Source of the DNA: Malacoraja senta | Taxonomy: Eukaryota | Assembly: GCA_038087875.1 (NCBI GenBank) | Contig: CM075993.1 | Span: 622,001 to 682,000 of the forward strand | Direction: 5' to 3' | Length of the DNA: 60,000 nucleotides | Shown here: positions 35,791 through 49,093 of the stretch, piece after piece | Position numbering within the stretch: the stretch's first letter is position 1 | Layout: each line of letters begins with the position of its first letter | The notes under the pieces: model-generated | Database searches by the model: none | Told to the model about the DNA's origin: nothing | Seen by the model: only the letters and a program-made list of their open reading frames with translations | Position numbers and translations under genes: made by a program

Positions 35791-36467
35791 GTGAGACCTG
35801 GCAACGCAAGTCAGCCGCAGCCGCAGCCGCAGCCCAGCACGCGGGCTAGGTGAACCCTGGGCTGAACACAGCGTTGGCCTTTAAACTCTGAGGGGCTACC
35901 GAGCTTGACGTGTTTGTGGAGCGGAGGGAACGGTGGGGAGAGGAGGGGAACAGTGGCGGCATCTCCTGTGTGGCAGTAGATAGTAAACGGACAGGAGGAG
36001 AGGGGAGAGATTGAGACCACAGGCGGGGAGAGATGGAGTCATGACTCCAATCCAAGGAAGGATCGGATGGGTCACTGTTAGTGCAGCTCATGTGTTCAAA
36101 GATTGAGGGTGATACGAGCAAAAAGTGGAGTCATTATTGTGACAGTTTATTGGGAAATGTTCACAGACGTCTGGACCAGGGAGAAAGAGCGATGTCAACA
36201 GAACAAGAGGAGGGAGTGTGTGTGGTGCACTGCGGGACCACTGCTGCATTGTAGACTGGGTGGGGTGTACGGATACAAGGATGGCAGAGTGGGGCACTGG
36301 GCTGGGAGTGGGGATCTCACCCGCATGTCCTGCTGGGACGGTCACACCCCCTCCTTTTGAAACTTTGGTTCTGCTTTGGATTTTCTGGATTAAATTGTTG
36401 CTGACAAACGGTGGTTTAGTTGAAAGGTTTCAGTGTACAGGCATGGCACCCTCTGTGTGCAGCTCTG

Positions 36468-36712
36468 CTCTCCCAGTTACAGGCGGAGACTCTGCTCCCA
36501 ATTACAGGCGGAATCTCTCCCAGTTACAGGCAGAGTCTCTCCCAGTTACAGGCGGAGACTCTCCCAGTTACAGGCGGAGTCTCTGCTCCCAATTACAGGC
36601 GGAGACTCTCCCAGTTACAGGCGGAGTCTCTCCCAGTTACAGGCAGAGTCTCTCCCAGTTACAGGCAGAGACTCTCCCAGTTACAGGCGGAGTCTCTCCC
36701 AGTTACAGGCGG
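36468..36712. repeat. 23-26-bp minisatellite
   Basis: ctctcccagttacaggc(g/a)gag(a/t) x ~10. Confidence 0.88.
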
Positions 36713-36777
36713 AGCTGAGGATTGTGGACGGCTTGGCTTGTGTCTGGAGTGCTGACCTTTGACCCTTTGTGTTCCAG

Positions 36778-37035
36778 AATCGGTACGGAACACCCCGAAC
36801 AGCGACATGTCTCCAGCATTGAGCTCACAGACTCACACCGTGGACAGCCTGGAGACGGACGTGCCGAGCGTCACCTACCTGCCCGGCTCACAGGACGAGG
36901 ACTCTAACCGCAGCGTCCCCACTGCCCATGTCCGCCCCTCACACCCTCTCAAGAGCTTTGCGGTCATCGCCATCCCTCCGGCCAGCACCGGCTACGAGGC
37001 AGCCTCATCCAGCACACCACTGTTGGCCCAGGCGG
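36778..37035 (+). CDS. NEO1: Neogenin cytoplasmic exon, P2 motif
   Basis: gttccag|AA TCG...GCG G|gtgag; ESVRNTPNSD...VPTAHVRPSHPLKSFAVIAIPP...STPLLAQA. Confidence 0.94.
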
Positions 37036-37398
37036 GTGAGTGAGGGCAGAGCCAGAGGCACTGGCACCGTTTCTGGCCCCACAGCCACTGGAGTTCTAAA
37101 CCCTCGCTTACAGCAGCGCAGCGGGTGGAGCCGCTGCCACACAGCTCCAGTGACCTCCAATGCTGTCTGTGTGGTGTTTGCACGTTCTCTCTGTGAGCTC
37201 CGATTTCCTCCCACATCTCAAAGACGAGCGGACTGATTAGAGAATTAGCCGCTGTAATTTGCTGCCAGTGTGTGGGTGAGGGGTGGAATGTGATTAGTGG
37301 CCAGCACAGACTTTGTGGGCCGAATGTTCACTGCCTTATCCTCAATAACAAGGCTGGGTCATCTATAATGTAACAATAAATTAAATTAAAATACTTTG

Positions 37399-37670
37399 TA
37401 GTTTAGAGATACAGCGCAGAAATAAGCCCTTGTGACCACTGATTCCTCGCCGACTAGCGATCACCTGGGCACTAGTTCTACCCTGAGCACCAGGGACAAT
37501 TATCCAACTAACCTCCACGTCTTCGGAATTTGGGAGGAAACCGGAGCACCTGGAGAAAACCCACATGGTCACAGGGGGGAACATACAAGCTCCACACAGA
37601 CAGCACCTGTAGTCAGGATTGAACCCGGGTCGCTGGCGCTGTTAGGCAGCAACTCTACCGCTGCGCCACC
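37399..37670 (-). mobile_element. tRNA-derived V-SINE (HE1-like)
   Basis: Same head, V-domain and tail as 16757-17052; older copies at ~7770-7935 (-), ~37110-37330 (+), ~53865-54120 (+). Confidence 0.75.
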
Positions 37671-37892
37671 GAGTTGCCATCTTACCATGGGCTCATGGAC
37701 TAGACTGACTCGTGCCTAGTGAGTTTGTCTAGACTGGGCAGGTGTGGCAGACTACTGGACAGACCTCTCACTTGTTAAGAATGTCCCAATCTTCCAATCT
37801 ACCTCATTGCAGCCTAGCGCTTGTTTTATCTGCCCTTTGTGACTGTAAGACTATGATCTGCTCTGCTTATTCTTCTCTTTGCACAACCTTTT

Positions 37893-38720
37893 GTGACAAC
37901 CTTTTCGGACTCAATCAAAATGATAGCAGGCAGCCTTGGAAGCCTTACCCCACTACTCAAACCTCATGTCAAAAACCTTGGCGTGATATTTGACTCAGCA
38001 CTGAAATTTGACAAACAAGTCAATGCCATGGTAAAAGCTAGCTTCTTTCAGCTTCGGACGATAGCTAAAATAAAACAATTCCTCCAGTTTGATGACCTTG
38101 AAAAGATCATCCACACATTCATCTCCTCCCGCCTAGATTACTGCAACTCCCTTTACACTGGCATCAGCCAATCTTCCCTGTCCCGCCTGCAACTGGTCCA
38201 AAACGCCGCAGCGAGACTCCTGACGGGCACCCGAAAAAGGGACCACATCACCCCGATCCTGGCCTCTCTCCACTGGCTCCCTGTGCGGTTCCGTATAAAC
38301 TTCAAGATCCTCCTCCATGTCTACAAAGCCCTCAATGGGCTTGCCCCCACCTACATAAAAAGTCTTCTCACCCACCACTCCACCTCCAGGCCCCTCAGAT
38401 CGGCCGACTTGGGGTTGCTGAATATCCCGCGGTCTAGGCATAAGCTCATGGGCGACCGTGCCTTTGCGGTTGCAGCCCCTAGACTGTGGAACAGCATCCC
38501 CTTTCCCATCAGAACTGCCCCCTCCATCAACTCTTTTAAGTCAAGACTAAAGACTTATCTATACTCCCAAGCCTTTCCTGACGTCCTCTGAATGAGGGCT
38601 ACATGTATATATGTGTGTAGTTTGTTTTGTTTGTGCTATTCTTATAACAAATGTAAAGCACTTTGGCCAACGAGAGTTGTTTTTTAAATGTGCTATATAA
38701 ATAAATGTGACTTGACTTGA
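37893..38720 (+). mobile_element. 5'-truncated L2-clade LINE (C-terminal ORF2 and 3' UTR)
   Basis: KNLGVIFDS...SRLDYCNSL...LQLVQNAAARLL...HITPILASLHWLPV; tail ATAAATAAATG(TGACT)n. Confidence 0.9.
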
Positions 38721-38803
38721 CGACTTTTATAGTCAAGTTTGATGTGATTTGAATAGATAGCAAGCAAAACAAGGTTTTTCACTAAATCGGTACAATAATA
38801 AAG

Positions 38804-39207
38804 CACTGCCCAGTCCATCATCGGCTCCGACCTCCCCACCATCGAAGGGATTTATCGCAGTCGCTGCCTGCCAACATCATCAAGGACCCACACCATCCTG
38901 GCCACACACTCATCTCTCCGCTGCCATCAGGTAGAAGGTACAGGAGCCTGAAATCTGGTACATCCAGGTTCAGGAACAGCTTTTTCCCCACAGCCATCAG
39001 GCTATTAAACTCGCCATCAAACATACTCTGAACTATAACAGCCTATTGCACTTTATCTGTTTATTTTTGTGTATATATATGGTCTATGCTATATAGACAC
39101 ACTGATCTGTTCTGTATTTATGCTTACAATACTCTGTTGTGCTGAAGCAAAGCAAGAATTTCATTGTCCTATCTGGGACACATGACAATAAACTCACTTG
39201 ACTTGAC
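38804..39207 (+). mobile_element. Rex1/Babar LINE 3' fragment
   Basis: Translates to AQSIIGSDLPTIEGIYRSRC..IIKDPHHPGHTLISPLPSGRRYRSLKSGTSRFRNSFFPTAIRLLN; ends ACAATAAACTCACTTGACTTGAC. Confidence 0.8.
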
Positions 39208-39303
39208 AATATCAATATTGGTTTATGGATTGTGAATGTTTATCTAATGTTGGAAGATGTGAGGGAAGTTGTGCTAAAGCTGTGACGTGGTGTTCCACTG
39301 CAG

Positions 39304-39440
39304 GGGCCAACCCTCAGGTGCACTCGGTGAAGACGGCATCCATAGGAACATTGGGTCGTAGCCGTTCCCCGATGGCTGTCACCGTGCCCAGTGCCCCAGA
39401 CGTGGCTGAATCTGCCAAGATGCTGGACGACACCGACACT
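39304..39440 (+). CDS. NEO1: Neogenin cytoplasmic exon
   Basis: actgcag|GG GCC...GAC ACT|gtaggt; [46 protein letters not shown]. Confidence 0.93.
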
Positions 39441-40321
39441 GTAGGTTTGCTGCTGGCTCCTCGCCTCTGCTCTGTCTCTGCTCTGCTCTTCCCTTCCCCA
39501 CACCTCACCGGATCAAACTTTCACCTTTATTTTCAGGTGTTGGTGTTCATCGATTTTGCTCAATCCACCCAAACATCTCACCTTTAAAAAAATATTTAAA
39601 CACTTTTTCTTATTCCTATAACTAGCCTTTCGCTTTCACTCCCATACCTCTCATTTCTTAATCGCTGGCATTGGTGAATACATCAGCGTCCCCCGAGCCT
39701 GGTTCACCTTTCAGTCAGCGCCCTGTGATCTGTCACCTCCCAACAGATCCCCCCACCACCACCCACCTGAAGAGCCTTATCCCTTACACAAACCTTACCC
39801 TGACACTGTGCCTTCCAGGTCATGACTCTCCAGACTATAGGAGCGAGCCGGTGGAGGCCATTTGGTCCCTTGATGTTGTTCTGCCATTGAACAATGGCTG
39901 ATCTTCCGTCCCAAGAGGGAGAAACCTCTCAGTCCCTTCCTTGATCTCATGCTTCAGTGACTTGTGTAGGCTTGTTACACCCCTACGCTGGGGAGTCATG
40001 GGGACCATCACCATCACTGATTGAGTCTCCCCCCCCCCCCTGCCTCACTCGGATCCTGAGCTGATTCAGAGTCCCTGAAGGGGCTGGTGATTTCCTGCAA
40101 CATGGAGGAAGAATCAGGGAGTGGAGATCAGGCAATCACAGCTTCTGTAAGTGTTTGCAGCTTTGTCCCTCTGGGACAATGCCTGGACACCACTCACAGG
40201 TCTGTCCCTGTGAAAGACCCTCACTCAAACTGAGCCATCCTTTAACACAACCTGTTCCCTTAGATGGTCTTAGCCTGAGTAGAGACGGGCCAACACAATA
40301 ACCTGCTGCCTCTTTTTGCAG

Positions 40322-40405
40322 AACTACAGCCCAGATGAGCTGAGTGAAGAAATGGTGCACCTCACGGGCTTAATGAAGGATCTCAACGTTATTACCACAG
40401 CATAG
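40322..40405 (+). CDS. NEO1: Neogenin last coding exon, P3 motif and stop
   Basis: tttgcag|AAC TAC...[33 protein letters not shown], matching the neogenin C-terminus (GLMKDLNAITTA). Confidence 0.95.
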   Translation, partial: NYSPDELSEEMVHLTGLMKDLNVITTA

Positions 40406-41830
40406 ATCGGAGTTCCATCAGTCACTCAAACTGAAACCGGAGCGGGTGTGCGCAAGTACACAAGACTCCCGGAGGGCCGACTGCAACATGACGTCATGTG
40501 TTAAGTCTCGTGGGAAATGCCTTTGTCACAATTTCAGTCCAGTGGATCCAGACTTGTGGATGTCATGCAAATCCAATCAAGGCCTTGGAATCTGATGAGC
40601 CTAGACTCTGATGGACCCCTGCTGGTTTGGAAATGTACTGCAGGTACCGATATAGTGTTGGACATTCGATATCGTCTATTTACTGCGTGTTTACATTGTT
40701 GGTGTTATAAAGAGAATGTTGAATTGTTACTTTGGCATCCAGATGTGACATTTGACCGCCTCACCATCAGCTGGTGTAAGATGCTTCAATAACATGGCCA
40801 TTTCCTGCTTCCTGCGCATCGCACTCAGACTGCAACAAAACTGCCACCGTATCCGCACTCATCACTGTGATCTGTCAGCAATTCCTGCTGGACTTGGCAA
40901 GTTCGCTGATTAAAGCACAATTAGAAAGATGCAACCAGCACAATCTATCCACAAAGAGGCTCGGCAACACTCAAAGCACATTGGTTTAAGCAAACGTGTG
41001 CAGCAACTGACATTTTATATGAAGACTGTCTTTATGTATTCTACTGGAGAATCATTTAGCCGTAAGGAGAAAGATAAGCTCGCCCTACCCCGGGGTTTGC
41101 TTGCACGATCTTTATTAAACCTATCAGTGAGTTTTGATTATATAGCCAGCATTAAACCCTCAAATCCAGTTTGAGTTCCTGCCCTCATTAATTGTGTTGT
41201 GGGTAGGTTTCAGTTACTTGCCCTCAGTGGACTGGGCTGAACTGGTCCCAGGTATATGGATCTCAAACTAATCCCATCAATCTGCTTCTGATGAGGTTAC
41301 ATGTTAAACCATATATGGGTTCAGTTACAGGAAGCTCTCTCCATCTCATTCTCCCCATATCATTGTACTTGCTTCGTTCTACAGTCATGGTTTTACTATG
41401 TTTGTGAATATTGCTCCCTATGTACATCACCATGAATGTTAATATAACTGTTTAAGGAAATTTATTGTAATGAATATAACTGAACGAAGCTGTTGTGAAA
41501 GTTTAGAGAACATGCCCCCTGTTGTAGGCAGTCAGATCTGTTTTGCACTTTTTCCATCTTTTACAAAGAACCTTTTTCTTTCTGGCCTGTGTTCAGAATT
41601 GGTAAACCTCTGGTGTACTTCTGTAGTGTCTTCATTAGCAAAAGCAACTTCTGTTTCCACGGACACAGAAGGTGCAGATTGTTTATTAATCACGATTGTA
41701 GAAATGATGCAAACTACTGTAGTTTTATGTACAAAGAACTTTGCTAGTAGCATACTTAGTGGCTTTTTTTAAACTTCATGTTCTAATGTAATATTGGAAT
41801 TCCAATACATTTTGTATTCAACCAATAGGA
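40406..41830 (+). other. NEO1: Probable NEO1 3' UTR (3' end uncertain)
   Basis: Repeat-free, AT-rich sequence after the stop; only non-canonical poly(A) hexamers seen (ATTAAA ~41114/41151, AATACA 41804-41809). Confidence 0.45.
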
Positions 41831-43295
41831 AGAAGTGTGAATGGAGACATTTATTTGTGGTCTACATTGCCAACAGGTAACACTCCCTGTATATGATGAT
41901 TCATGCATCATTGTCATCCATTAGTTTGGTTCACAGCTTGAGGGGTGACCAGGTTCAACTGCTTTCTGCTCGCAGAACGGTGAACTTTGCCAGGAATGAG
42001 GATGTGGTCTTCAGGATGGGAAGATGCAGCCAGCTGTTGGTGGGAATAGGGGATGAGTGACTTCACGATGATCTGTGGACGTTTGCCCAATTGGAGCTAG
42101 GCCAGAGGTGTACAGGAAAGCTGGATGCCAGTTTATGCTGGAGGCTCACATCACAAACTGGTCTCAACTTAATCAGACTGAAGTTAAGAGAACAGTTGCT
42201 CCTACTCACTGAGCTGGACTTTAGCCAATGTGCTGCCGAGCCAACCATTTCAAGTAAACACAGAAAACCACTGAACGGCCTTCCGTTAAACCATCAGGTG
42301 GAAAGGTTGTGGATGAAGGAACTCCTGCAGGGATGAAGGAGCTCTCTCTGGATGGTCTTTGTGCAAGGTACATTGCCAGACAGGGGAGTTTCCTCACCAT
42401 ATTCAGTGGCAGCAGTTTACCCCGGATCACACTGGGTCAAATGATTGCTTGATTTTCAGGACACTTACTTTCATCATGCATTTGGAATTTAGCTGTTTGT
42501 CTGTGTCTGGACTGAGGCTATGGAGCTGGGAGGTCCTGATGACTTTGTGTCACTCGGTAGGACAGTCAACAATACTTTCCATGAGTTTGCTGATGATTGG
42601 GATAAGAGAGTAACTAGTTTTTTGGACGGGGCTATCTTTCATGTTTTCAGCCGGTGAAAGATGATGTGTAAATTAGCTGGGGAATCTGCAGACAGGTGTT
42701 TCCAGGGTGGATCTTGCATGAGTCTGGTCAGTCAGTTCTTGATGTCAGGTAGAGAAAATCAAATTGGTAGAAGGGGATTGTTGGTGGCACTCATCCAGGC
42801 TAGGACTGATCTTGGTGACTCACACCTAGTGGTCCCATCATCATTCCTGATTGCACGATCAGATTACAGAGCTTGGATCTGACGTGGTGTGGGGTTGTTA
42901 GTTCAGTCTCGGGCATGTGCTTAGTCAAGTTGGCAAATCACCATGTTAAGGTGTGCCAGTTGCTTTAGGGCACACCTCATTGAGCAGGAGTGAAGCGCAC
43001 CCCCCCCCCCCCCCCACATTGTGATGGTACGATAAAGGATGTGTCAGGCCAGATTACGACAGAGTGATTACAGACAAACAGGAGAGGAGTTGTTCAGAGC
43101 GGACAGAGGGCTGATGGGTCTACTGCTGCTTCCAGTTCCTGTGTCTGCACGTTGAGTGACGCTCATTCCTTATGTAGTGACGCTCCACAGAACCCAGCCG
43201 CACGCAGCTCTGAGCAGTCAGACTGATGTCATGAGGATGTTTCCAGATGTAATCCAGAGGTCTAGTGAGCAATGCAGCCAACATCAGCGGCCCAC

Positions 43296-46200
43296 CCAGA
43301 TAACCATTACAGCACGGAAACAGGCCATCTCGGCCCTTCAAGTCTGTGCCGAACACGTTTAAAAAAATATATATATTTTTATTACTTCCCCCTACCTGCT
43401 CTCAGGTCCCATTTACCTGCACTCAGACCATAACCCTCCATTCCTTTCCCGTCCATATACCCATCCAATCTATTTTTAAAGGATAAAATTGAACCTGCCT
43501 CCACCACTTCCACTGGAAGCTCATTCCACACAGCTACCACTCTCTGAGTAAAGAAGTTCCCCCTAATGTTCCCCCTAAACTTCTGTCCCTTAATTCTCAA
43601 GTCATGTCCCCTTGTTTGAATCTTCCCTACTCTCAATGGGAAAAGCTTATCCACGTCAACTCTGTCTAACCCGCTCATAATTTTAAAGACCTCTATCAAG
43701 TCCCCTCTTAACCTTCTGCGCTCCAAAGAATAAAGACCGAACTTGTTCAACCTTTCTCTGTAACTTAGTTGCTGAAACCCAGGCAACATTCTAGTAAATC
43801 TCCTCTGTACTCTCTCTATTTTGTTGACATCCTTCCGATAATTAGGCGACCAAAATTGTACTCCATACTCCAGAATTGGCCTCACCAATGCCTTGTACAA
43901 TTTTTTTTTTTTTTTTTTTGAAAATATTTTTTATTGGAGATACGTACACAACCTAGTTACATCATTACAGTCTTACATTTTTAAATTGATAATATTGTCA
44001 ATTATTATTACATTGTCTCCAATACCTTTTGCCTTTTTTAAAAAACTAAATAGAACTATTACATCCCAACTTCTATATTCAATGCTCTGATTTATAAAGG
44101 CCAGCACACCAAAAGCTTTCTTTACCACCCTATCTACATGAGATTCCACCTTCAGGGAACTATGCACAGTTATTCGTAGATCCCTCTGTTCAACTGCATT
44201 CCTCAATTCGCTACCATTTACCATGTACGTCCTATTTTGATTTGTCCTGCTGAGATGTAGCACCTCACATTTGTCAGCATTAAACTCCATCTGCCATCTT
44301 TCAGCCCACTCTTCCAAATGGCCTAAATCTCTCTGTAGACTTTGAAAATCTACTTCATTATCCACACCACCTATCTTAGTATCATCTGCATACTTACTAA
44401 TCCAATTTTCAACACCATCATTCAGATCATTGATGTACATGACAAACAACAGTGGACCCAACACAGACCCCTGAGGCACCCCACGAGTCACCGGCCTCCA
44501 ACCTGACAGCCATCCACCATTACTCTCTGGCATCTCCCATTCAGCCACTGTTGAATCCATCTTGCTACTCCACCATTAATACCCAACAATTGAATCTTCT
44601 TAACCAACCTTCCATGAGGAACCTTGTCAAAGGCCTTACTGAAGTCCATATAGACAACATCCACTGCTTTACCCACATCAATTTCCCTAGTAACCTCTTC
44701 GAAAAATTCAAGAAGATTAGTCAAACATGACCTTCCAGGCACAAATCCATGTTGACTGTTCCTAATCTGACCCTGCTTATCCAGATGCTTATATATATTA
44801 TCTCTAAGTATCCTTTCCATTAATTTGCCCACCACTGACGTCAAACTAACAGGTCTATAATTGCTAGGTTTACTCTTCGAACCCTTTTTAAACAACGGAA
44901 CAACATGCGCAGTACGCCAATCCTCCGGCACTATTCCCGTTTCTAATGACATTTGAAATATTTCTGTCATAGCCCCTGCTATTTCTACACTAACTTCCCT
45001 CAATGTCCTAGGGAATATATCCTGTCAGGACCTGGAGACTTATCCGTTTTCATATTTTTCAAAAGTGTCCGCACCTCCTCTTCTTTGAATCTCATAGTTT
45101 CCATTGCTACTCTGCTTGTTTCCCTTACCTCACATAATTCCATATCCTTCTCCTTGGTGAATACCGAAGAAAAGAAATTGTTCAATATCGCCCCCATCTC
45201 TTTTGGCTCTGCAGATAGCTGTCTTTTAGCTTTTCTCATTTCTTAATATTCTTTTTACATTCTTTATACTCCTGCAGCACCTCATTTACTCCATGCTGCC
45301 TATAATTATTGTAGATCTCTCTCTTTTTCCGAATCAAGTGTCCAATTTCCTGTGAAAACCATGGCTCTTTCCAATTTTTACTATTTCCTTTCAAACGAAC
45401 TGGGACATAAAGATTCTGTACTTAAAATTTCACCTTTAAATGTCCTCCATTTCTCTTCTACCTCCTTCCCATAAAACAACATGTCCCAATTCACTCCTTT
45501 TAAATCCTTTCGCATCTCCTCAAAGTTAGCCTTTCTCCAATCAAAAATCTCAACCTTAGGTCCAGTTCTGACCCTCTCCATAATTATATTGAAACTAATG
45601 GTATTGTGATCACTGGACCCGAAGTGCTCCCCAACGCATACCTCCGCCACCTGCCCCGTCTCATTTCCTAACAGGAGGTCCAGCACTGCCCCTTCTCTAG
45701 TAGGTACCTCTATGTATTGCTGCAAAAAACTATCCTGCACACATTTTACAAACTCCAAACCATCCAGCCCTTTTACAGAATGTGTTTCCCAGTCTGTGTG
45801 GAAAATTGAAATCTCCCACAATCACTACCTTGTGCTTACTACTAATATCTGCTATCTCCTTACATATTTGCTCTTCCAATTCTCGCTCCCCATTTGGCGG
45901 TCGATAATACACCCCTATAAGTGTTGCTACACCTTTCCCATTTCTCAGTTCCACCCAAATAGCCTCCCTAGACGAGCCCTCTAATCTATCCTGCCAAAGC
46001 ACTGCTGTAATATCTTCCTTGACAAGCAATGCAACACCCCCACCTCTTGCCCCTCCTATTCTATCACCACTGTAGCAACGAAATCCTGGAATATTTAGTT
46101 TCCATTCACAGCCCTCCTGCAACCATGTTTCACTGATCGCCACAACATCATACTTCCAGGTGTCAATCCAGGCTCTAAGCTCATCCACCTTTCTTACAAT

Positions 46201-47060
46201 GCTCCTAGCATTAAAATATACACATTTAAGAAACCCACCCTGGCACGTTCAGACACGCGTTCAGACACATCCCTGACCCTGGCACCAGGGAGGCAAACTA
46301 CCATCCGGGTCTCCTGATTGCGTCCACAGAATTGCCTATCCGATCCCCTAACCATAGAGTCCCCTATTACTATAGCCCTCCTCTTCTTTTCCCTACCCTT
46401 CTGAGCAACAGGGCCGGTCTCTGTACCGGAGGCCCAGCCGCTGTTGCTACCCCCAGGAAGGCTGTCCCCCCCAACAGTACTCAAACAGGAGTACTTATTG
46501 CCAAGGTGTACAGCCACCGGGGTACTCACTAGTCCTTGCCTCTGCCCCTTGCCCTTCCTAACCGTGACCCACTTGTCTGCCTCCCATGGTCTTGGAGTGG
46601 CCACCTCCCTATAACTCCTTTCTATAACCTCCTCACTCTCCCTGATCAGACAGAGGTCATCGAGCTGCTGCTCCAGGTTCCTAACACGGTCTCTTAGGAA
46701 CCCCATCTCGACGCACCTGGCACAGATGTGGACGTCTGGAGGGGTATCAGACTCCATGACCTCCCACATCTGACATCCAGAACAGTAAACTGCCCTGGCC
46801 CTCATTCTCCCCCCTTACCCTGGATACAATACAAACTGGTGGAGGAAATCAGCAGGGATCTGACTCCCAATCAGCTGCTTCCTCTTAGTCCTCTTCCACC
46901 AATCAGCGGCTTCCTCACTTATATGAAACATGAATGGAACGTTGCAGTTTTGGTTTCCTCCTCCTGCAACGGTCCCTGGGCGTCTGGAAAGTATAGCCCT
47001 GCGCTGTTTAACTACTCCCTCCCCGGACGCCGCTCCTCCTCCTGCAACGGTCCCTGGGCC
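43296..47060 (-). mobile_element. CR1 (HER1-like) LINE, copy 2, degraded, between NEO1 and BBS4
   Basis: Highly similar to copy 1 across ORF1, APE and RT; several frameshifts; deletion at ~46240 joining mid-ORF1 to the start of ORF2; nested poly(A) insert. Confidence 0.93.
43905..44057 (-). mobile_element. Poly(A)-tailed 5'-truncated retro-insertion (L1/Tx1-like) nested in CR1 copy 2 RT
   Basis: T19 run and TTTATT (AATAAA on -); absent from copy 1, whose empty site reads AATTTT/AACATT. Confidence 0.75.
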
Positions 47061-47486
47061 AAAGGTACCCTCTACGTAAGACCACTGCAGCAGGGTGGAA
47101 GACGCTATTTCAGCCCCAGTGCTTCAGCCGAGCAGGGCTGGGAGATTCATTCTTCCCACGCTGTGCTTTAGTCAAAGTGGATCATACTTGTAAAAGTGAC
47201 AGGATGAAGGGTTTAGCTTATAACTGAATCCATTCTATGTTACACCTCAACACTTCTGCAAAAGGACAGACTTTACAAATTCACAGATGCTGTTCAAACT
47301 CTGCAACATTCACTTACGAAAGTACAAGCATTTTATATATCTGAAATCCATTGTCACAAGCAATGCTGGGTGGGTAAGACATGTGACCATGCCAGGACTG
47401 TTGCTCAGGGCAAAGCTGACAGTAATGGATAGTGATTGAATGATCTGACACAGAAACCGTTAAAGAACACTATAACGCCAATAGTT

Positions 47487-47492
47487 TTTATT
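47487..47492 (-). terminator. Candidate BBS4 polyadenylation signal (AATAAA)
   Basis: TTTATT on + strand, followed on the - strand by GT/T-rich sequence (tagtgttctttaacggtttctgtg); about 1.6 kb after the stop. Confidence 0.5.
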
Positions 47493-49093
47493 TTGGGAAA
47501 TATTTATGGAGAAACCTGTGTACATTAAAACTTTTGCAGATGTTTGGAATTCTTCTGCTCCACACTGTCATCTTGCAATAGTTCACGTTTCTCTCCCTCA
47601 GTCTGAACTTTAAAATATGCCCGGTTAAAATATTGCAATCGTATTTTTGAAAATGATAAAAGGATATCTTAATGTCGAATGTGAAGGAAAATAACTAAAA
47701 TTGTGGCTGGTTTGTGCAGGATGAGGCGGGGCGGTGGAGATTATGCCATCCCCACAGCAATATTGATCTTTCTGATCAGTTTTCTTCCCTCCAGCTACCC
47801 TTCCAATTGTGGCCTTCTTCATCGTTCTGCACCTCCACCCTCACCACTGGTAGTCATGCCTACGGTCTGGAGGTAGCTCCAGAATCTGTGCCTCCCTCCA
47901 ACTGCAGTGACTTGAAGCATACACCTCAAACAATGCTCGTTTACCTGCCATTCCATTACACCTTCTTCCTGAGAAATGCAGTTAACCCTAATCGCCAGTT
48001 ATTCAGACCAATATACACTAATGGTTACACCACAGATGGAATATTATTGCAGGTATCAAGACCCAATTTGAAGAAGGATTGTTGAGGTGTGGACAAGCTG
48101 CAATTTACTGAAATCATCCCAAAGAACAGGTTTTAATTGTGAGGATAAATGAGAACAGTCCCAGTAAAACTAAGATCAGGATCAGGATGACAGGTGGGTC
48201 AAAGGTGGCTAGATAAAGGAACAAAGGAATGTTATCTCCATTGATTCAGTATCTAAAGGTGGCAAGCAAATGAAAAGGTACGAGAAGTTGAGAAATCTTT
48301 CTCCAATCCTAATCACATCAAAAATATGGATCACGAGGGGTTCTTGAAGGGAACAGGGTAATTAAATATAGGTAATCATTAGGAGCTGAGTACAGCTCTT
48401 TACTGCTTGGCCTCAGGGAATGTAGTAACCCAGCTGTGGTTCTCCTCCAGGAGAAAATTACAGCTTTCCAGCGATGACAACCCCAACTATACAAATACAG
48501 TCGACTCCAGGATGTAAGCATTAGACTGCAACTCCATCAATGTTGACCTTTTAACCTACAGTAGCATCCTCTATGGAGCCAATGCAAGGTGTTATCTTGT
48601 ATAGAGGAGCCTTTGTACAAATATACTTCAGTTTACTGAGATGCTTTTATGGGATGGAAATAATGGAATGTTTTACCTCAAAGTTCAAAGTGTCTGCCCA
48701 GAAACATAACAAAATACTGCTACCACACAGGGGTTACTGTAGACAAAGCGAATGTCCACGTGACCTTGGTACAAACAGTCCTGGGTCTGTGCCGAGTGAG
48801 TTGCCCCACTTACCTGACACTGTGGTGTCGACCTTGGGAGGGCTGGGATTCTGGCGGGAACAACCTTTCTCTTTCGGACGCTGGAGTGAATTGAACTTTA
48901 TACACAGAAGATAGAAAACCCAAACTAATGCTTTAAAATTGTGCCAAACAACAGTGATGCCGCAGTAATGACATCTAATAGCAGAGGGAACATTCTCCCG
49001 CAAGGCATTGGTTCAAGAGACAAGAGTTCAGCAATGTGCTGGTTTTAATTACCTATTCTAGGAAGCAGAGTGGGAACTGAGAGCTAAGCCAAG

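Noticed and set aside
2909..40405. DCC as alternative identity
   Set aside because: Diagnostic segments ([61 protein letters not shown]) and linkage to BBS4 fit neogenin
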